DNA of 58,098 nucleotides, counting the filler, from Sphacelaria rigidula (Eukaryota), in assembly GCA_964200075.2 (NCBI GenBank). It is 7 parts of 7 records of this genome, joined end to end, with 100 filler letters (N's around TTAATTAATTAA, not from the genome) between each part and the next. Parts side by side here need not be neighbours in the genome. Positions count along the whole stretch, not along the records: positions 8,316 to 16,529 come from CAXNAA020011891.1; positions 16,630 to 24,843 come from CAXNAA020011892.1; 5 more parts are not named here. One strand, given 5' to 3'. This document shows, in pieces, positions 11,501-23,816 of the stretch. The position numbers were made by a program, and so were the translations under genes. The notes beneath the pieces are model-generated. The model worked only from the letters and a program-made list of their open reading frames with translations. It was not told where the DNA came from and ran no database searches. How positions within the stretch are numbered: position 1 is the first letter of the stretch; every line of letters begins with the position of its first letter.

Positions 11501-12307
11501 TTGCCAAGTGGGACATTTACCGAAGGGGCACCGTGTTCACTTCAAAAATGGGCATCATACACATATGCCCGCCCTGGCGGTCAAGGAGTGAAGTTGGCGC
11601 GATCGCTCGATGCTTCTCATCCACTAAAAAACAACAATACATCGTCACAATGACTGCGACATGGGGAAGTGTCACTCAGTAAAAAACGCCTCCGTAAACG
11701 GTAGTAAGAGCACTCAACGACAGGCGTATACTGCTTGCGTGACTCGCCCAAGTTTTACCGTGGTGACTAAAGAGCCTGACGATGGACAGCCCACCCACAC
11801 TACTTCTACTTTTCTGCGGGAAGATGACGATTGTCGATCCCATTGACTGTCGAAGCCTGCAACAGTTTAGCGCTGAGCTGACTGCATCAGAATGAAGAAC
11901 TTAGCATGGCACCCACATGTATTATGCTTTGCTGTTGAGGCGGACACACCGCTGAATCGTGCCGTGTCAAGCTTGTGGCGATAGTCACACGAAGGGGGGG
12001 TTGAAAAACATTTGACCCCTGTTCACATCATTTTGTTCACTTGTACGTGCTTTATCGTCCTCTTGTGCCTCACCGTTGCCCAAGCCGCTGTCATCGTCGT
12101 CGGTACGCCAGCTCCATATCTCCCCGACGTCGAAATTTAAAGCTGCGCAAACGCACCTCAGATAAGCCTAATGTGATCCACCGACAAACGCGCGCGCACA
12201 CAGGGTACTCGATCGATTGGTTCGTATTTCAAGGAAACGGGGAACATGAAAAAAAAAAAACGCCAAGGAGAGAGGCCACAGCAAGAAAAACGAAGCCGGG
12301 GGTGAGG

Positions 12308-12380
12308 CAGGGCGTATTCATGTGTCGCTTGCCTTAGTCGTTTGACCACTGACCACGCGCCCCTTTCGAGACGGAGCACC
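12308..12380 (-). repeat. Copy of ~80-bp structured repeat family
   Basis: Reverse complement reads GTGCTCCGTCTCGAAAGGGGCGCGTGGTCAGTGGTCAAACGACTAAGGCAAGCGACACATGAATACGCCC. Confidence 0.88.
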
Positions 12381-15300
12381 GTTAGGGGTGAGGGGTGAGG
12401 TGGTCAGGCGGAGGGCAGAGAGGAATGCTTGATGCAGTGCATGACATGAATAAAATATGAGCTTCTCACAGCGGGGTAGGAGAACGTGAGGTTCTCATGA
12501 TATTGCGGGGTATTGCACAAACTCTACCGTGGCTTCACCAACCCCTCCCTCACAAGACTATGATTTGAATCCTGCCTTGTTTCACTACTGTACCCCCGTA
12601 AGTAACCATCATACCTTGCAGGCGGAAGTAATACGCGCGGCCGGCGAAAATGTTCACGTCCAGACAACAGACAGTATAACCATGGCCAAGTTTCAGAAGT
12701 GCGAAGGAAGTACGAAATACTCCAACAATAAAACAACTGTATTGTGCTGCGTAAAGTATCGAATCTTTCGTCTTTTTCTACGGAATAGATTCGACACTTG
12801 CCGCAGTACAGTTTGTTCCGTTGTTGCCTCATGTCCAGGGTGTGAAGCACTTCCAAGTAGGGAATTCGTATCAGGTTGACTTTACAGGAAAGTTCCATTT
12901 TTCCGCACAGGTGACACGGACTGTGCTGCCGTCCCGTAAGGCCGAAACATGACGGGGAACAGTGAGTTGGCGTAGGAAAAAAAAATGCTTCCGCTTTCTC
13001 TTTTCCCCACTATCCCCGACTTCCCGGGACCTGTAAACGGGGGGGGGGGGGGGGGGGGGGGGGGAACCAAGACTCGGCGGGGAAACGTTGGAAGGCTAAA
13101 TCTTTGTTATATTCGTGGTACAAAAATGTCCGACATATTTGGAGATTCCATTTCCAGTTTGCGGCGTCATTTTTTACACAAACGTTGAAGTATGGGACGT
13201 GTGTGCAGAGACGTGTGGGAAGAGATGGCGCCGTACGGTCGATGCCGACATCGATCGCGTCGACGACCAAACGAAGTAGACTTAATTCGACGAGAGGGCT
13301 GCTTGATGACTCGTCGTTGATCCCGTTAAAAAGTATTGAGGCACGCGCGGTCAGCTGTCATCTCCGGGATAAATTTCCGGGGTCCGGTTTTGTGCCCGGT
13401 CGACCAACCCTGTCTTAGCATGTCGTCACCAATCCCTGTCTGCTGTGGAGACCCTAGCTATATTGCGTGCTCATGTGGTGTATGCCCCGGTCAAGGACCA
13501 AACCCCAGACATGAGCACGTGAACATCGTGTCGTGTTGTGAGGATTAAATTCTTGCGTGGGTACGGACCGTCCACGATAAGGACCATGCGGAACACGCGG
13601 AAGACGGAGTACATGGAAATTGTCATATTTTCCTGTACGGGTTGGATTTTGGAGCAGCAGCGGTTTATTATTATCACTCTTTACGCAGGTTATTAGTCGT
13701 AGAGACCACAAAAATAACAGGAGATACACAAGGGCGCACATTTCTAAAATGGTTGTAGCTATTAGTTGGCGCAAATGTGTATGAACCCGCTGGGGACAGG
13801 GGAGGAGAGGAGAGAAGCGCGGCGCCAGGCAAAAAAATATAGACCTGGCTGTAAAAGGGGACGTGACGAGTTTTGTGCCCCTGGCAGTAGTTGAAAGTAG
13901 CAGCGCATGTATTCTCTACCGACTAGGGTGATTTTTCCCAGTTCTTTCTTTCATGCCCATGTCTGAAACGAAATGCGTCGTCTCCACCGCCGTCATACAC
14001 AACGACAGTGTGATTCCGTACCGTGTTTTACCCCGCCCTACCCTACCGCACAGCAGTTTGAATTGTGATCCGTGTGCCAGCATACGTGGTTCGGTAAGCC
14101 TACCAAGACACATGGGGGCTTGATGGGCTGATGGCTACCCGTGCATTACACGTCGCATCCAACAATGGCGTGGACGCATACATTTCGAGGAGTGCCCGCC
14201 GACATGCCATCGTCAGCACAAATCGCGAACAAGAGAGGATTCAGGGGTACAGAACTTACGTGCCAAAGAAACTACGAACACCGTCACGCAGTACAGTCAG
14301 TAGGAAACACAAGAGTACATTAAAGACAATTGTGGTTGAAACAGGTGAGAACAATTAACGATTCGACAATGCCGTGCTATCGCGAACACAGTCAGTACAC
14401 CAGGCACTGCGACACGTACTCCAGGATTGCAAACCAGACAGTTGGCAGCACCAGCGTTTTGGAACGACGTGAGGGTGGCTCATGGGTTATGCCTCCTGAG
14501 GAGGAGTTTTAAAATGTTGTGTGACCTCTTCGCTCGTGTAAAGAAACTCAACGTAAGTCAAAACATAAAACACACACAAGACCATCTGCAGTGTGTAACT
14601 GGACGTGTCTTTCATGAAATGTCCGTGCATATTGCTGGTTGAGGTACGAGTTCGTGTAAGAGTAACGAGTCCTGAAATTAGGACTCTTTGTCATCATTGC
14701 CGTTATTTTATGGTCTGGTTGTTTAAAATGAGAAACGCTCGGTGTCTTCGGTGTTTAGTTTAATGTCGTTCCATGATGGATCAGCGTCAAACCGACGCAC
14801 TTCACACGCACTTGTTGGAGTGTACCTCAAATATTCACTGGAGTCACTTCTGCCCTGTCCTGTACGGTACCGTACCAGCCTCTCTAATTTAAAACTCGTA
14901 AGAGGAGTGCCCATTCCTTGGGAAGGGGGCCTTCAGAGCTCAAAAACGGCAGCCAGGAAGGTCCTGGGTACACCGACTAGGCAGTGATACAACCACTAGT
15001 ACGGAAGGCTACTCACACTGACAATGATACAACTGTTGTATAGTAGCAAAGTCAATTTTTGGCCGGATTTTGCTTCGCAATGGGAAACCGGAAGAGGCCA
15101 AACACATTGATGTTGGAAAGCCTTACCCGTTGAGCAGCCACTAAACCAAAGCCATGTGGGCTGAATACCGAGTTCACCGCAATTATCTCAACACGGCGAG
15201 AATGCGCATGGCTGCGGTTTATATATAGTCTAGGTAGTTGTGGGCGTGTGTCGGTATATGTGATGTGTCCTGCAGAGAGACCAAACAGGCACAAAAAACA

Positions 15301-16150
15301 TCATCGGCCTCAAACCTCAACCAGTTGAGACTTGAAAAGAAACAGCATCTGCTCCTATTTTCGGTTCCTCGCATCCTGCGTTGTGTCGTACTTCAGCGTT
15401 ATGTCCTCTCATCAATATACACAACACAAGCCCCCTCCCCCGCTTGGATACCTGCTGTGAATCAATGTGCATCCCGGATAATCTCACCTGTCTCCTGTTG
15501 CTGTCAACCGTATTTTCCTCCATACCCCTCTCACAAGCCCTAATGAAATCTGTCGCGCTTGCTTGCTTGCGTGCTTGCAAAGTCACCGCTTCACTAACGA
15601 AAATAGCGATGCTGATTGGCCGAAATTGTGGCGTCATCAAATCTAAACTTGCTTGAGTCATTTTTCATCATTATTTCTGTTCTTCACGGCAATGGCTTTG
15701 TACTCCTGTGTAGCGCGCCCTCGTCATCCCTTCTGCTACGGAATACACCTTCGCATGAACCTCTAAGCCTTTATTATTTTCGTTGTGTACATATATGATG
15801 CTTTGATGCGTAGCTCTGCTGTCAAATTGCTGTCGTTTAGGATTAATACCTGACTTCTAGTACACCAGCGGGTCGTACAAGGGCCGTTGTAGGCGAAGTA
15901 TTTGAGGTACAACAGTTAAAGTTATAATTTCCGTTGCTACGAGGCCGGGCAGGGGCAGCGCAGTTGGGGTGAAGACACTGCCAATACTTTCACGTCATAC
16001 GTCAGCTGATTTTCGTCGTTTAGTTCCACGTCGAAGTCTTCTTTCTGTGGATTTTCTCAGGCAAGATAATTGGCTGTGCTGTACATGTCATGTAGAAAAC
16101 AATATATTCACAAGCCGCATGATCTTGTTCCGGGTGCTGGTAGTACTCAC

Positions 16151-16234
16151 AGCAGTGCCCCGAATGAGTGTCTTTATGCGACCGGCACTATTGAGCCTTG
16201 CGACCCCCTGACTTCGTCGACTTGCCTCCAAACG
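16151..16234 (-). CDS. Candidate internal exon (RLEASRRSQGVARLNSAGRIKTLIRGTA), possibly the same gene as 8396-8574
   Basis: Acceptor acaacaacacaatccag| and donor |gtgagt. It is 84 nt, phase 0-0, on the same contig and strand as 8396-8574. Confidence 0.5.
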
Positions 16235-16529
16235 CTGGATTGTGTTGTTGTCCCTTCACCGCCGAGATGAGTCATTTGGGTCTTGCTGTCTCTTCACGAC
16301 TGAAAGTGGTTGCGATTCAACCCATGACCCACCCCGGCGGTCGAAGTGTTGGTATTTACTGTAAGAGTACCTGTCATGTATGTCGTGACCGCAAAGCAAT
16401 CACTTTGGTTTGAGTTCGTGATTGACTCAGGCCGTGTCTTATCAAATTGTTTTCGACTCGAAAACGTACGTGTGTTTGTGTGTGTTGTCGTCCCATTTAT
16501 TCTGGGCACCAGTCTACACCTTTCGGTGT

Positions 16530-16629
16530 NNNNNNNNNNNNNNNNNNNNNNNNNNNNNNNNNNNNNNNNNNNNTTAATTAATTAANNNNNNNNNNNNNNN
16601 NNNNNNNNNNNNNNNNNNNNNNNNNNNNN
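16530..16629. other. Artificial contig linker (junction 2)
   Basis: Same N44-TTAATTAATTAA-N44 structure. Confidence 0.97.
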
Positions 16630-16754
16630 ATTTTTTTTTTTTTTAGCAGCCCAACGAGCACGAGTGCCACGAGTGATACTCGTGCTCGTCCGACGTGTGC
16701 AATCTTTGAGAAACTAAGAAATTACGGATTCTGCATACTCCTGACGCTGACTGC

Positions 16755-17010
16755 TGTACCGTACCCGCCCAATCGGGTATTTTCAAATGTCGTACCTGCG
16801 ATACCTACGATACCACGGTTTTTCGGGATTTCAACACCTATCGTACCCGCCCAATCGGGTATTTTCAAAACCCATATCTACGATACCACGGTATTTCGAT
16901 ATTTCAATACCCACCGTACCCACTCAATCGGGTATTTTCGAAATCCATACCTATACGATACCCACGCATACCACGGTATGGGATATCCCGGTAAAAACCG
17001 GATGCGGTGC
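16755..17010 (+). repeat. Copy of a MITE-like family with internal subrepeats (TACCGTACCCGCCCAATCGGGTATTTTC)
   Basis: Three subrepeats; homologous to 18352-18701. Confidence 0.75.
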
Positions 17011-18351
17011 ACTCTCCACGGTGCAGCAGCAGCTGGTCTCAACTTGCGTCAAGGCCAGAAGTTGCCCAAGCAGGTACGTCTTGTTTTCACAATATATATA
17101 TATATATATCAAGATTCCCCCTGATTTTCGTGTTTGGATCAATTCGAACTAACTCATTTTCATGTGGTCTGAAGTGCGGCCAATTTTCTTGCTCGATCTG
17201 ATAGGCCCACCACATTTCCGGTCTCCGGAGGATTCAACTTAAACTTACGATTAGTGGCGCGCGGAAAAAAACTACAAAATAATAAAGCTAAGCTGTAAGG
17301 AAGACGTATCGCAAGGGGGGACAGACTGAGGAGGAGGCTGTCCTGAGAGATGTCGTCCTGATGCCGAAGGAACTCCGAAGCTGACGATGATTTCCTCTTG
17401 TGAGATGTGGGCAAGAAGTTGGGTCAGACAGGGAGTGGTCGCCGGGGGCGACCGGTCCCTCGGGGGATGTTGAACCGTCCTGAATATTAGGCTCTTCCTG
17501 GCGTCACCCCGAGTTGTTTAGTTTCGTTGGCATTACAGAGTCCCCGGTAATCTGGTCTATTCGGACCGTTCCCGCCTTGTACCTGCTTGCTGTGGCTCTT
17601 TATACATGTGTGGCAGAAGTCTCTGATATGTCACTGCAAAGAGGTATTGTCCACAAAGCTTCTTCAATCGAAAACACGCGGTGGGAAGGCACGGAGCGAC
17701 TCTTAACTCCTATATTACAGGCCACCATGCCAGATATCACCCGTTCACAGAACCATGGAAACGTCACCCAACTCATTCTCAGCTACCACCTCAACCCTGC
17801 AGCATCGAGTACGAGTTGAGGACAGGGATAGATAGATTGCAATAGTTAGGTATGATTTGTTTATTTTTTGGTGGCGAAAACCTGCGCATCTTCTTTCATG
17901 GTAGGGATCAGCGACGGAACTGCGTGGTGCGGTGGGCAACCGAGTTGCGTACACCCTCATGGATAGGGCGGGCAGTATCAAACTGCACGTTGTTGAAGTC
18001 TCTTTCGCGTCGCGTTGTAAGCAGAAAGGGCTGATAGTCCTGGGCTGTCTGCACTGCACGTTGCCCGCTTCTCTTTATTCAAATCCTACTGTACGAAACA
18101 CGCACACACGCGCTCGAGACACACTGATTGCAAGCAGTGCAGACAGTACAGACTGTCTGTACTGTACATGAGTGGCCATGTATCTTTTTACTAATCTTAC
18201 TGTCATTTTTCGATCGAAAGCTTGAAATTCGCTTGGACCCAACTCGACAAACATGAGCTATTTTCGCTGAAATCGATTTCACCGCCACATTTTTTTGGAC
18301 GAAAAAAGTGCAACGCTTCTCCGCACTGCCGGTGACAGTTTTGAAGTTGGT

Positions 18352-18701
18352 ATAGAGGGTACGGTAGGTACCCGTAACCGTTATTTGGGACATCTCATAC
18401 CCTACCGATCCCGACCCATTCGGGTATTTTCAAATGTCGTGCCTACGATACCTACGATTCCACGGTATTCCGAAATACCAGTACCTACCGTACCCGCCCA
18501 ATCGGGTATTTTCAAATGTCATACTCGTACCTACCATACCTACGACACCTCGGTATGTCGAGATTTCAATACCTACCGTACCCGCTCAATCAGGTATTTC
18601 CAATACTCATACCGATGATACCCACGCATACCATGGCATGAGATACCCCGGCAAATACCAAGCGTACGCTCGGTACAGTAACTTACCCACGGTTCCCTCT
18701 G
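18352..18701 (+). mobile_element. MITE with degenerate TIRs (TAGAGGGTACGGTAGG / CCCACGGTTCCCTCTG) and internal subrepeats
   Basis: The termini are approximate reverse complements with hAT-like YAGNG ends. No TSD is recognisable. Confidence 0.55.
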
Positions 18702-19591
18702 AGTCTTCGGCATCACTTAGGTTACAGGGGCTCAGCGGTGTCACACAAAAAGTTCCACGCTGGGCCCAATTTTCGGTGTTTTGAGCCGAAATTACCAGCA
18801 TCTTCTGCGCGCAAGTACAAACTTCGTGACGGGGGACGCCGCCGTTTTTTTGTCACATTTTCCACTTTTTGCTGAAATTTTAAATCGCTCTACTCTCTGT
18901 TTTTTTGCAAAGCATACCCATTTACTTCTGTGAAACCTGCATCATGTTCCGTATCCTGACGTTCAGCCACCTTATCAGCTGCCTCTTTTTTGTGACATCC
19001 ACCAGCGGCACAACAATTACATTCGCGGGGTTCGGGATAAAGTTTCTCACAAAATGTATCGTGCCTATCCCCGAACGATATTGCTTGATATTGGTTGACG
19101 TGAGTAAATCTAATATGGTCTCCATGCGGTCTTCCCCCATTTTGATGCCATCAGCGGACAAGGTGTAACCGAGGTACTTGACCTTTTTGGGCCCGAACTT
19201 GATTTTCGATGGTTTGAGGGTGCAACCTTTTTCCAGCGGTTTGACTATGTATTTCAGTAGAGTCAGGTGGTTTCCCCCTGTGGAGGAACAGGCGATTAAA
19301 TCGTCCACGTACACTAACAGACCGCCCGTCGATCTAAAGTGTGAGTACGTAAGAGCCATGATTCGCAAGAAAATTAACGATGACGATGCCAAGCCAAACG
19401 GTAGGTGGTTGAACATCTATTCACCTTTTTCCTTGACGAAGGCTGTTTTTCTTTCTCCTCTTCGGCTATTGCGATCTGATGGAACGCGCTGTGTACATCA
19501 AAGACGGAAATAAATTTTGTTCCTGCCTCTGTGTGTACATGACTTTCCAAATTAGGCATGGGCCATGGTTTTCGAACAAGACTTCTATTGA

Positions 19592-20800
19592 CAATGCTGT
19601 GCCGAAGGGAAAGCAAAGGGAAAAACATGCGGATTTTCGCGTACAAGAGTCATCGTACGAAATATCAGCTTAGAGCATCCCCAAAGTAGGTATAACCCAC
19701 ACGAGCCAAGAGTTCCTTGGGCAGGACCTACGGCTCAACACGCGGCATATCTGCAAAGCTATGTTCAAGGCTGGGTCGTCGGTGCAGCTTGCAGGCTGAA
19801 AACGTCATTGGGTCCCGCGTTCGGTGGTGTTCATGTTGTTGCTCGGTACGGGTGCCTTGCGGGCCCCATGGTACGCCGATAGTTGGCGACCATGGTCCGC
19901 GTTCCCACCCGTCATCACGCCTAGGGTGTAGTATGTCGACTGTGTAATCCGTCTGAAAAAAAAAGCATCTCAATTGCTTCCAGCACAAACGAGAACGGCA
20001 TGATGATTTGCATGCATGCCTGGTGGCGCAGCTGGTGGCTTTCAAATTCGAAAACTCTGTCTCGACCACTGCACTTTAAAGTGCAGTGTAATTGCTGATG
20101 CAATATACTATCTGCACTGGATTTGACAGGGCCGTAATACTGCGTAACCGCATCTGATATGCGGCGTAACCAGGGCGTAACCGAATCTTGTGTTTATTTG
20201 GGTACTTTCCTACGGTAAAACTCCCAATTTTCAGAGCAACTTCCGTTGTGGATTTCTCGCCTGCGACTTCGCGTCCCCTCATGAAACTTTGCCCACAAGT
20301 CGGACACAGCACAGGCAACATATGGGGCCAAGCGCCCGCACTATTGGACTCCGCACAAATTACCAACACGGCCGCCATCATTTTCGGGGAATGCCATCGA
20401 TGCGCCGTCACAGCGGCTATCCCGCAGTCAAGAATTTCGTGCACTAGAGAGGAATGTATATATGCACGCGCACGTCCACTAACTTGGATGTCTTGAGCGG
20501 CTGGGCGGCCGATGTTGTAGCAAACTGACACCGGTCTGTACTGGGGCCCTTTTCTATATTTTGACCATCTGTAGTGTACTGATCGGCATATTGTCTGCAG
20601 AGGTGCGTAGTTCATGACGCACGGCCCTACGCGCGCTGTAGACGCTGAAAGGTGCTGTAACTTCGGTCATATTATGAGAACCACGGCCAAGAGTTCCACA
20701 TCACTATCTTTGGTGCTGCGCGTTGCAGCAGTGCGCACAAGGGAGAAGAGCGGTCAAATTTTGTTCCGATTAAAAAACAAAATCTTTGGGCGCAACACGG
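19592..20800. mobile_element. 1.2-kb non-autonomous TIR element inserted into the Gypsy RT
   Basis: Homologous in reverse orientation to 27762-28965. Degenerate TIRs CAATGCTGTGCC / GGCGCAACACGG. RT reads ..CVDCRSTL|NRSLVRKPWP across it. Confidence 0.85.
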
Positions 20801-21131
20801 TAAGCGTGGATCTGCAGTCAACACAAAATCGGGCTGTACCATCACTTTTATTACAACAGTGGCCGCAGAGCCTCATGGGCTGGCTCTTGGCTCATTTATC
20901 CCGTATTTTCCCACCTCATCCACGCATTATTCGATGGCTTCTTGTATTCTTGGATTCGCGTGGTACGGGGCTCGATCGACGGGTTTCGTGCCTGATGCCA
21001 GCAGAAATGTTTCTTCCCCGATTGTCCAACACCCTAGCTCGTGCGGTGATAGTCAGAAGAGACTGACCTGTACTTCGCACACGAATCAAGCACTCGACTT
21101 TTTTAATCTCTGAAAACATGTGTTTTTGTAA

Positions 21132-21419
21132 CCCTTAGACCGCGAGATTAGTCTTTCTGGATCATACATACTTTTTTCACTTGAAATTGATGCCGATTCA
21201 ACAGAAGACTAACCTCGCGGTCTAAGGGTTAAATCCCCCCATCGGCACAGTAACCGAAATAACTATTAATTGAGTTCCTGACTCGTTGGAGGAACCAGCT
21301 AAGTGGAATTTTTCCATTTAACCCTTAGACCGCGAGGTTAGTCTTCTGTTGAATCGGCATCAATTTTAAGTGAAAAAAAGTATGCATGATCCAGAAAGAC
21401 TTATCTCGCGGTCTAAGGG
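21132..21419. mobile_element. Composite piggyBac-like MITE: two inverted ~97-bp CCC..GGG units flanked by TTAA around an 85-bp spacer
   Basis: Units are 21132-21228 and 21322-21419, each with TIR CCCTTAGACCGCGAG. TTAA at 21229, 21318 and 21420; GTAA at 21128. Confidence 0.88.
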
Positions 21420-23407
21420 TTAAACACATTTTCGAGCGCTGTCTTCAGTGCTTCTCGTGCGCCGGTATTGTTCTGATCAACTTATGAAATTGCGCTGACG
21501 GTTTCCGTCGTTTCGTTTGTCACAGGTAATATCTATCCCAGAAGCAGAATTTCGTGTAATTGGACGTGCCTGTTCGAAGGATTTTCAACTGTAACATAGC
21601 TCCTTTATTGACCGCTGACCATGTACAGGCCGTGCGTGCTACAGTTAGGCGGTTGAAAGCTTGTCGTATCTCTGAGGATTGGAGGTCTTCACCTATCACT
21701 ATACATGGATCAATTACCGCAGCAGCTGTTGTGAGCAGCGACGGTTCATTTATTTCGACAAGAAGAGCCATATCGCTCCGAGGCGGAATGCAGAACCTCT
21801 TTGAGAAGTATACTGCTACCGGCTCAGTCGTTGCCTCTCGTGTGTGACACAACAATGATCGTTTTCCGAACTCGTCGGATGAATTTTCCCATCTTTCCTT
21901 TCGCGTGTAGCTTTCAGGCGAACTTTTGAAATACGAAATATCAAAGTTTCGGGTTCCCAATCGAGGGTACCTCGGAAAGCACTCATCACTGACCTCTATA
22001 TCAGTATGCAGTCCGGACCATGATCCCTCAGGACAAACGCCTCGACAGGCATAGATGTGTCACCCAGTGCAAGGTCAAAGCGAGAAAATCGCACTGTTGT
22101 GATTGGTGAGCCGTCGGCGCTCCCTAGATCAATAGAACGCGATGGGACTGATTGAATGTCCTCTCCGGTCAGAGTGGGGTGTGAACCGATGAACTCCAGA
22201 ATAATTATTGGTAGATCTGAAGCAGAGTCAGTAGTCATTGCTGTAACCTCCATTCGGTTAACGCTGGCTAGTAACTGCACCCTCGCTGATGCAGGTCGTA
22301 GCGTTGCCGGGTTCCCAGGGTACCGGGCTAACGCTGACATAAAACAAGGTTCGAATTCTCTCGAGTTCGTGGTCAAATAAATTGATATGTGGTTTAATTT
22401 GTTTTTCAGAGACGCCTTACTCACAGACGCAGCTTGGAAGGCTTACCCAGGTGTCGGTCCCTTTCGCTGAACGTCTTATCTTGACCTGTTTTATTCCCAA
22501 CTTGCTCCTGTCTACCAGCCTCCGTAACCGCTTTTCCATTTACTCTCTTACATGGCTTCACAAAAGGGGCTACTGGCTAGCAAATCGCACTCGTTTTTTC
22601 ACTCTTTCACGCTCAGCCAGAGGGTCTGTACCCATATCGCGGTGCTAAATTTATTCCCTCGGTTTCTCGACATCTCGCGTCACGCGTGCTACCTTCGAAG
22701 CTTTATTCATCGATCCTTTTGCAGTTGCTATTTTCGCTTGTACACGTTTCCCTCCGCTGGGCGAGGGTCCCAGCTTTGGACACCATCAAATCCCTACAAC
22801 TACGAGTTGCTCTTTGTACTTTTCGGCCAACTGACGGTTTGTATGTGCAACGCTCTTCTTTATTTTTGGACTGCTCATCTCGCTTTCCACCCCCTCTACT
22901 CTCTAATCCATTCCGCTTCCCGGTCTCACTGAGTGAAGAGGACGCTCCACGTTTTTCCCCGGGGTGAAATGAGCGCTTCTAGATCTTCCCCTTTTCACCG
23001 CCTGTCTACCGCCTCTCTTTGAGGAGTTTTTCGATTCGCTGACCTTGGTCGGCGACAGTTTCCGCAAGCTGAGGTATGTTATGAACAGCGAGGGATGGAA
23101 CGTGGTTTGCGGAGGGATCGAGATTTTGAGGCGCGCGCCCTCGCAGAGGGTTGGTTTCGTGCTTTTTTGCGCGGGCTCTGGCAAGGTGAAAGCTATGTGT
23201 GGGATCTTGACGTACTGTCTCAATTCTGATATGTGGCAAAAATCCTGCCTCACAACACAGCCGTTTGACTGATTTCTCGGGCAAAGCTGACGGGGTCCCT
23301 ACCATGTGAAGTGACTCGTGTGGCTTCAGCGTAAAATGAGAATGTGCTTTGGAGACTTTCAAGGCGTGCCAGTCTGCTGTGTGGTGGTCCTAAAATTTTA
23401 GTTCAGC

Positions 23408-23738
23408 TATAGCACGGGCCAGGATATGACGTGGTTTGGTGGAGAGTACAAGTTCGTATAAGCATCTAGTATACCCATTGTAACCTCTGCCAGACGATCT
23501 GGACAAGAGGACTTCCAACGAGGGACTCATCCAGTAGCACTGGCCTCGTGCTCGACAAGTCCTTTCTTCTCACTTGTTAATATCTCGGAGTGAACATCAA
23601 CAGATCACATCATGAGCCAGACAGCAAGGGGCCACACAGAAAAGGGTCATCAATCCAGGATCCCCTGTCCCCTGCCACTGCTCCAATCATGCATGCGATT
23701 GTACTTCGAACTCTACGGCTTGGTATCATTTGGCTACA
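23408..23738 (-). mobile_element. Candidate 3' LTR of the chromodomain Gypsy element
   Basis: On the minus strand it starts TGTAGC after a short purine run, ~80 nt past the integrase stop, and ends GCTATA (degenerate inverted terminus). No second LTR is available to confirm. Confidence 0.4.
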
Positions 23739-23816
23739 GCACCCTCAAAACGAGTTGAAGACAAACGAACGAGCTTGACAACCAACGAAAACCAAGGCGA
23801 AATTGCATGCGCTAGA

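Larger units (their letters stand above)
18700..23380 (-). mobile_element. Decayed Ty3/Gypsy LTR retrotransposon internal region (probable gag, protease, RT), interrupted by two DNA-element insertions
   Basis: RT motifs: PFGLASS, LLVYVDDLI, KVKYLGY (18922-19416); PWPMPN..FDVHSAFHQI (19374-19590); PVDRAPY..SP*GS..DGTARFCVD (~20800-21010). Protease-like region TTDSASD..LGSADGSPI..VEAFVL (21996-22424). Many stops and frameshifts. Confidence 0.92.

Noticed and set aside
20076..20615. 179-aa ORF inside the 1.2-kb TIR element, with similar ORF 27894-28349
   Set aside because: The similarity reflects nucleotide homology between copies. There is no transposase motif, and ORF limits differ.
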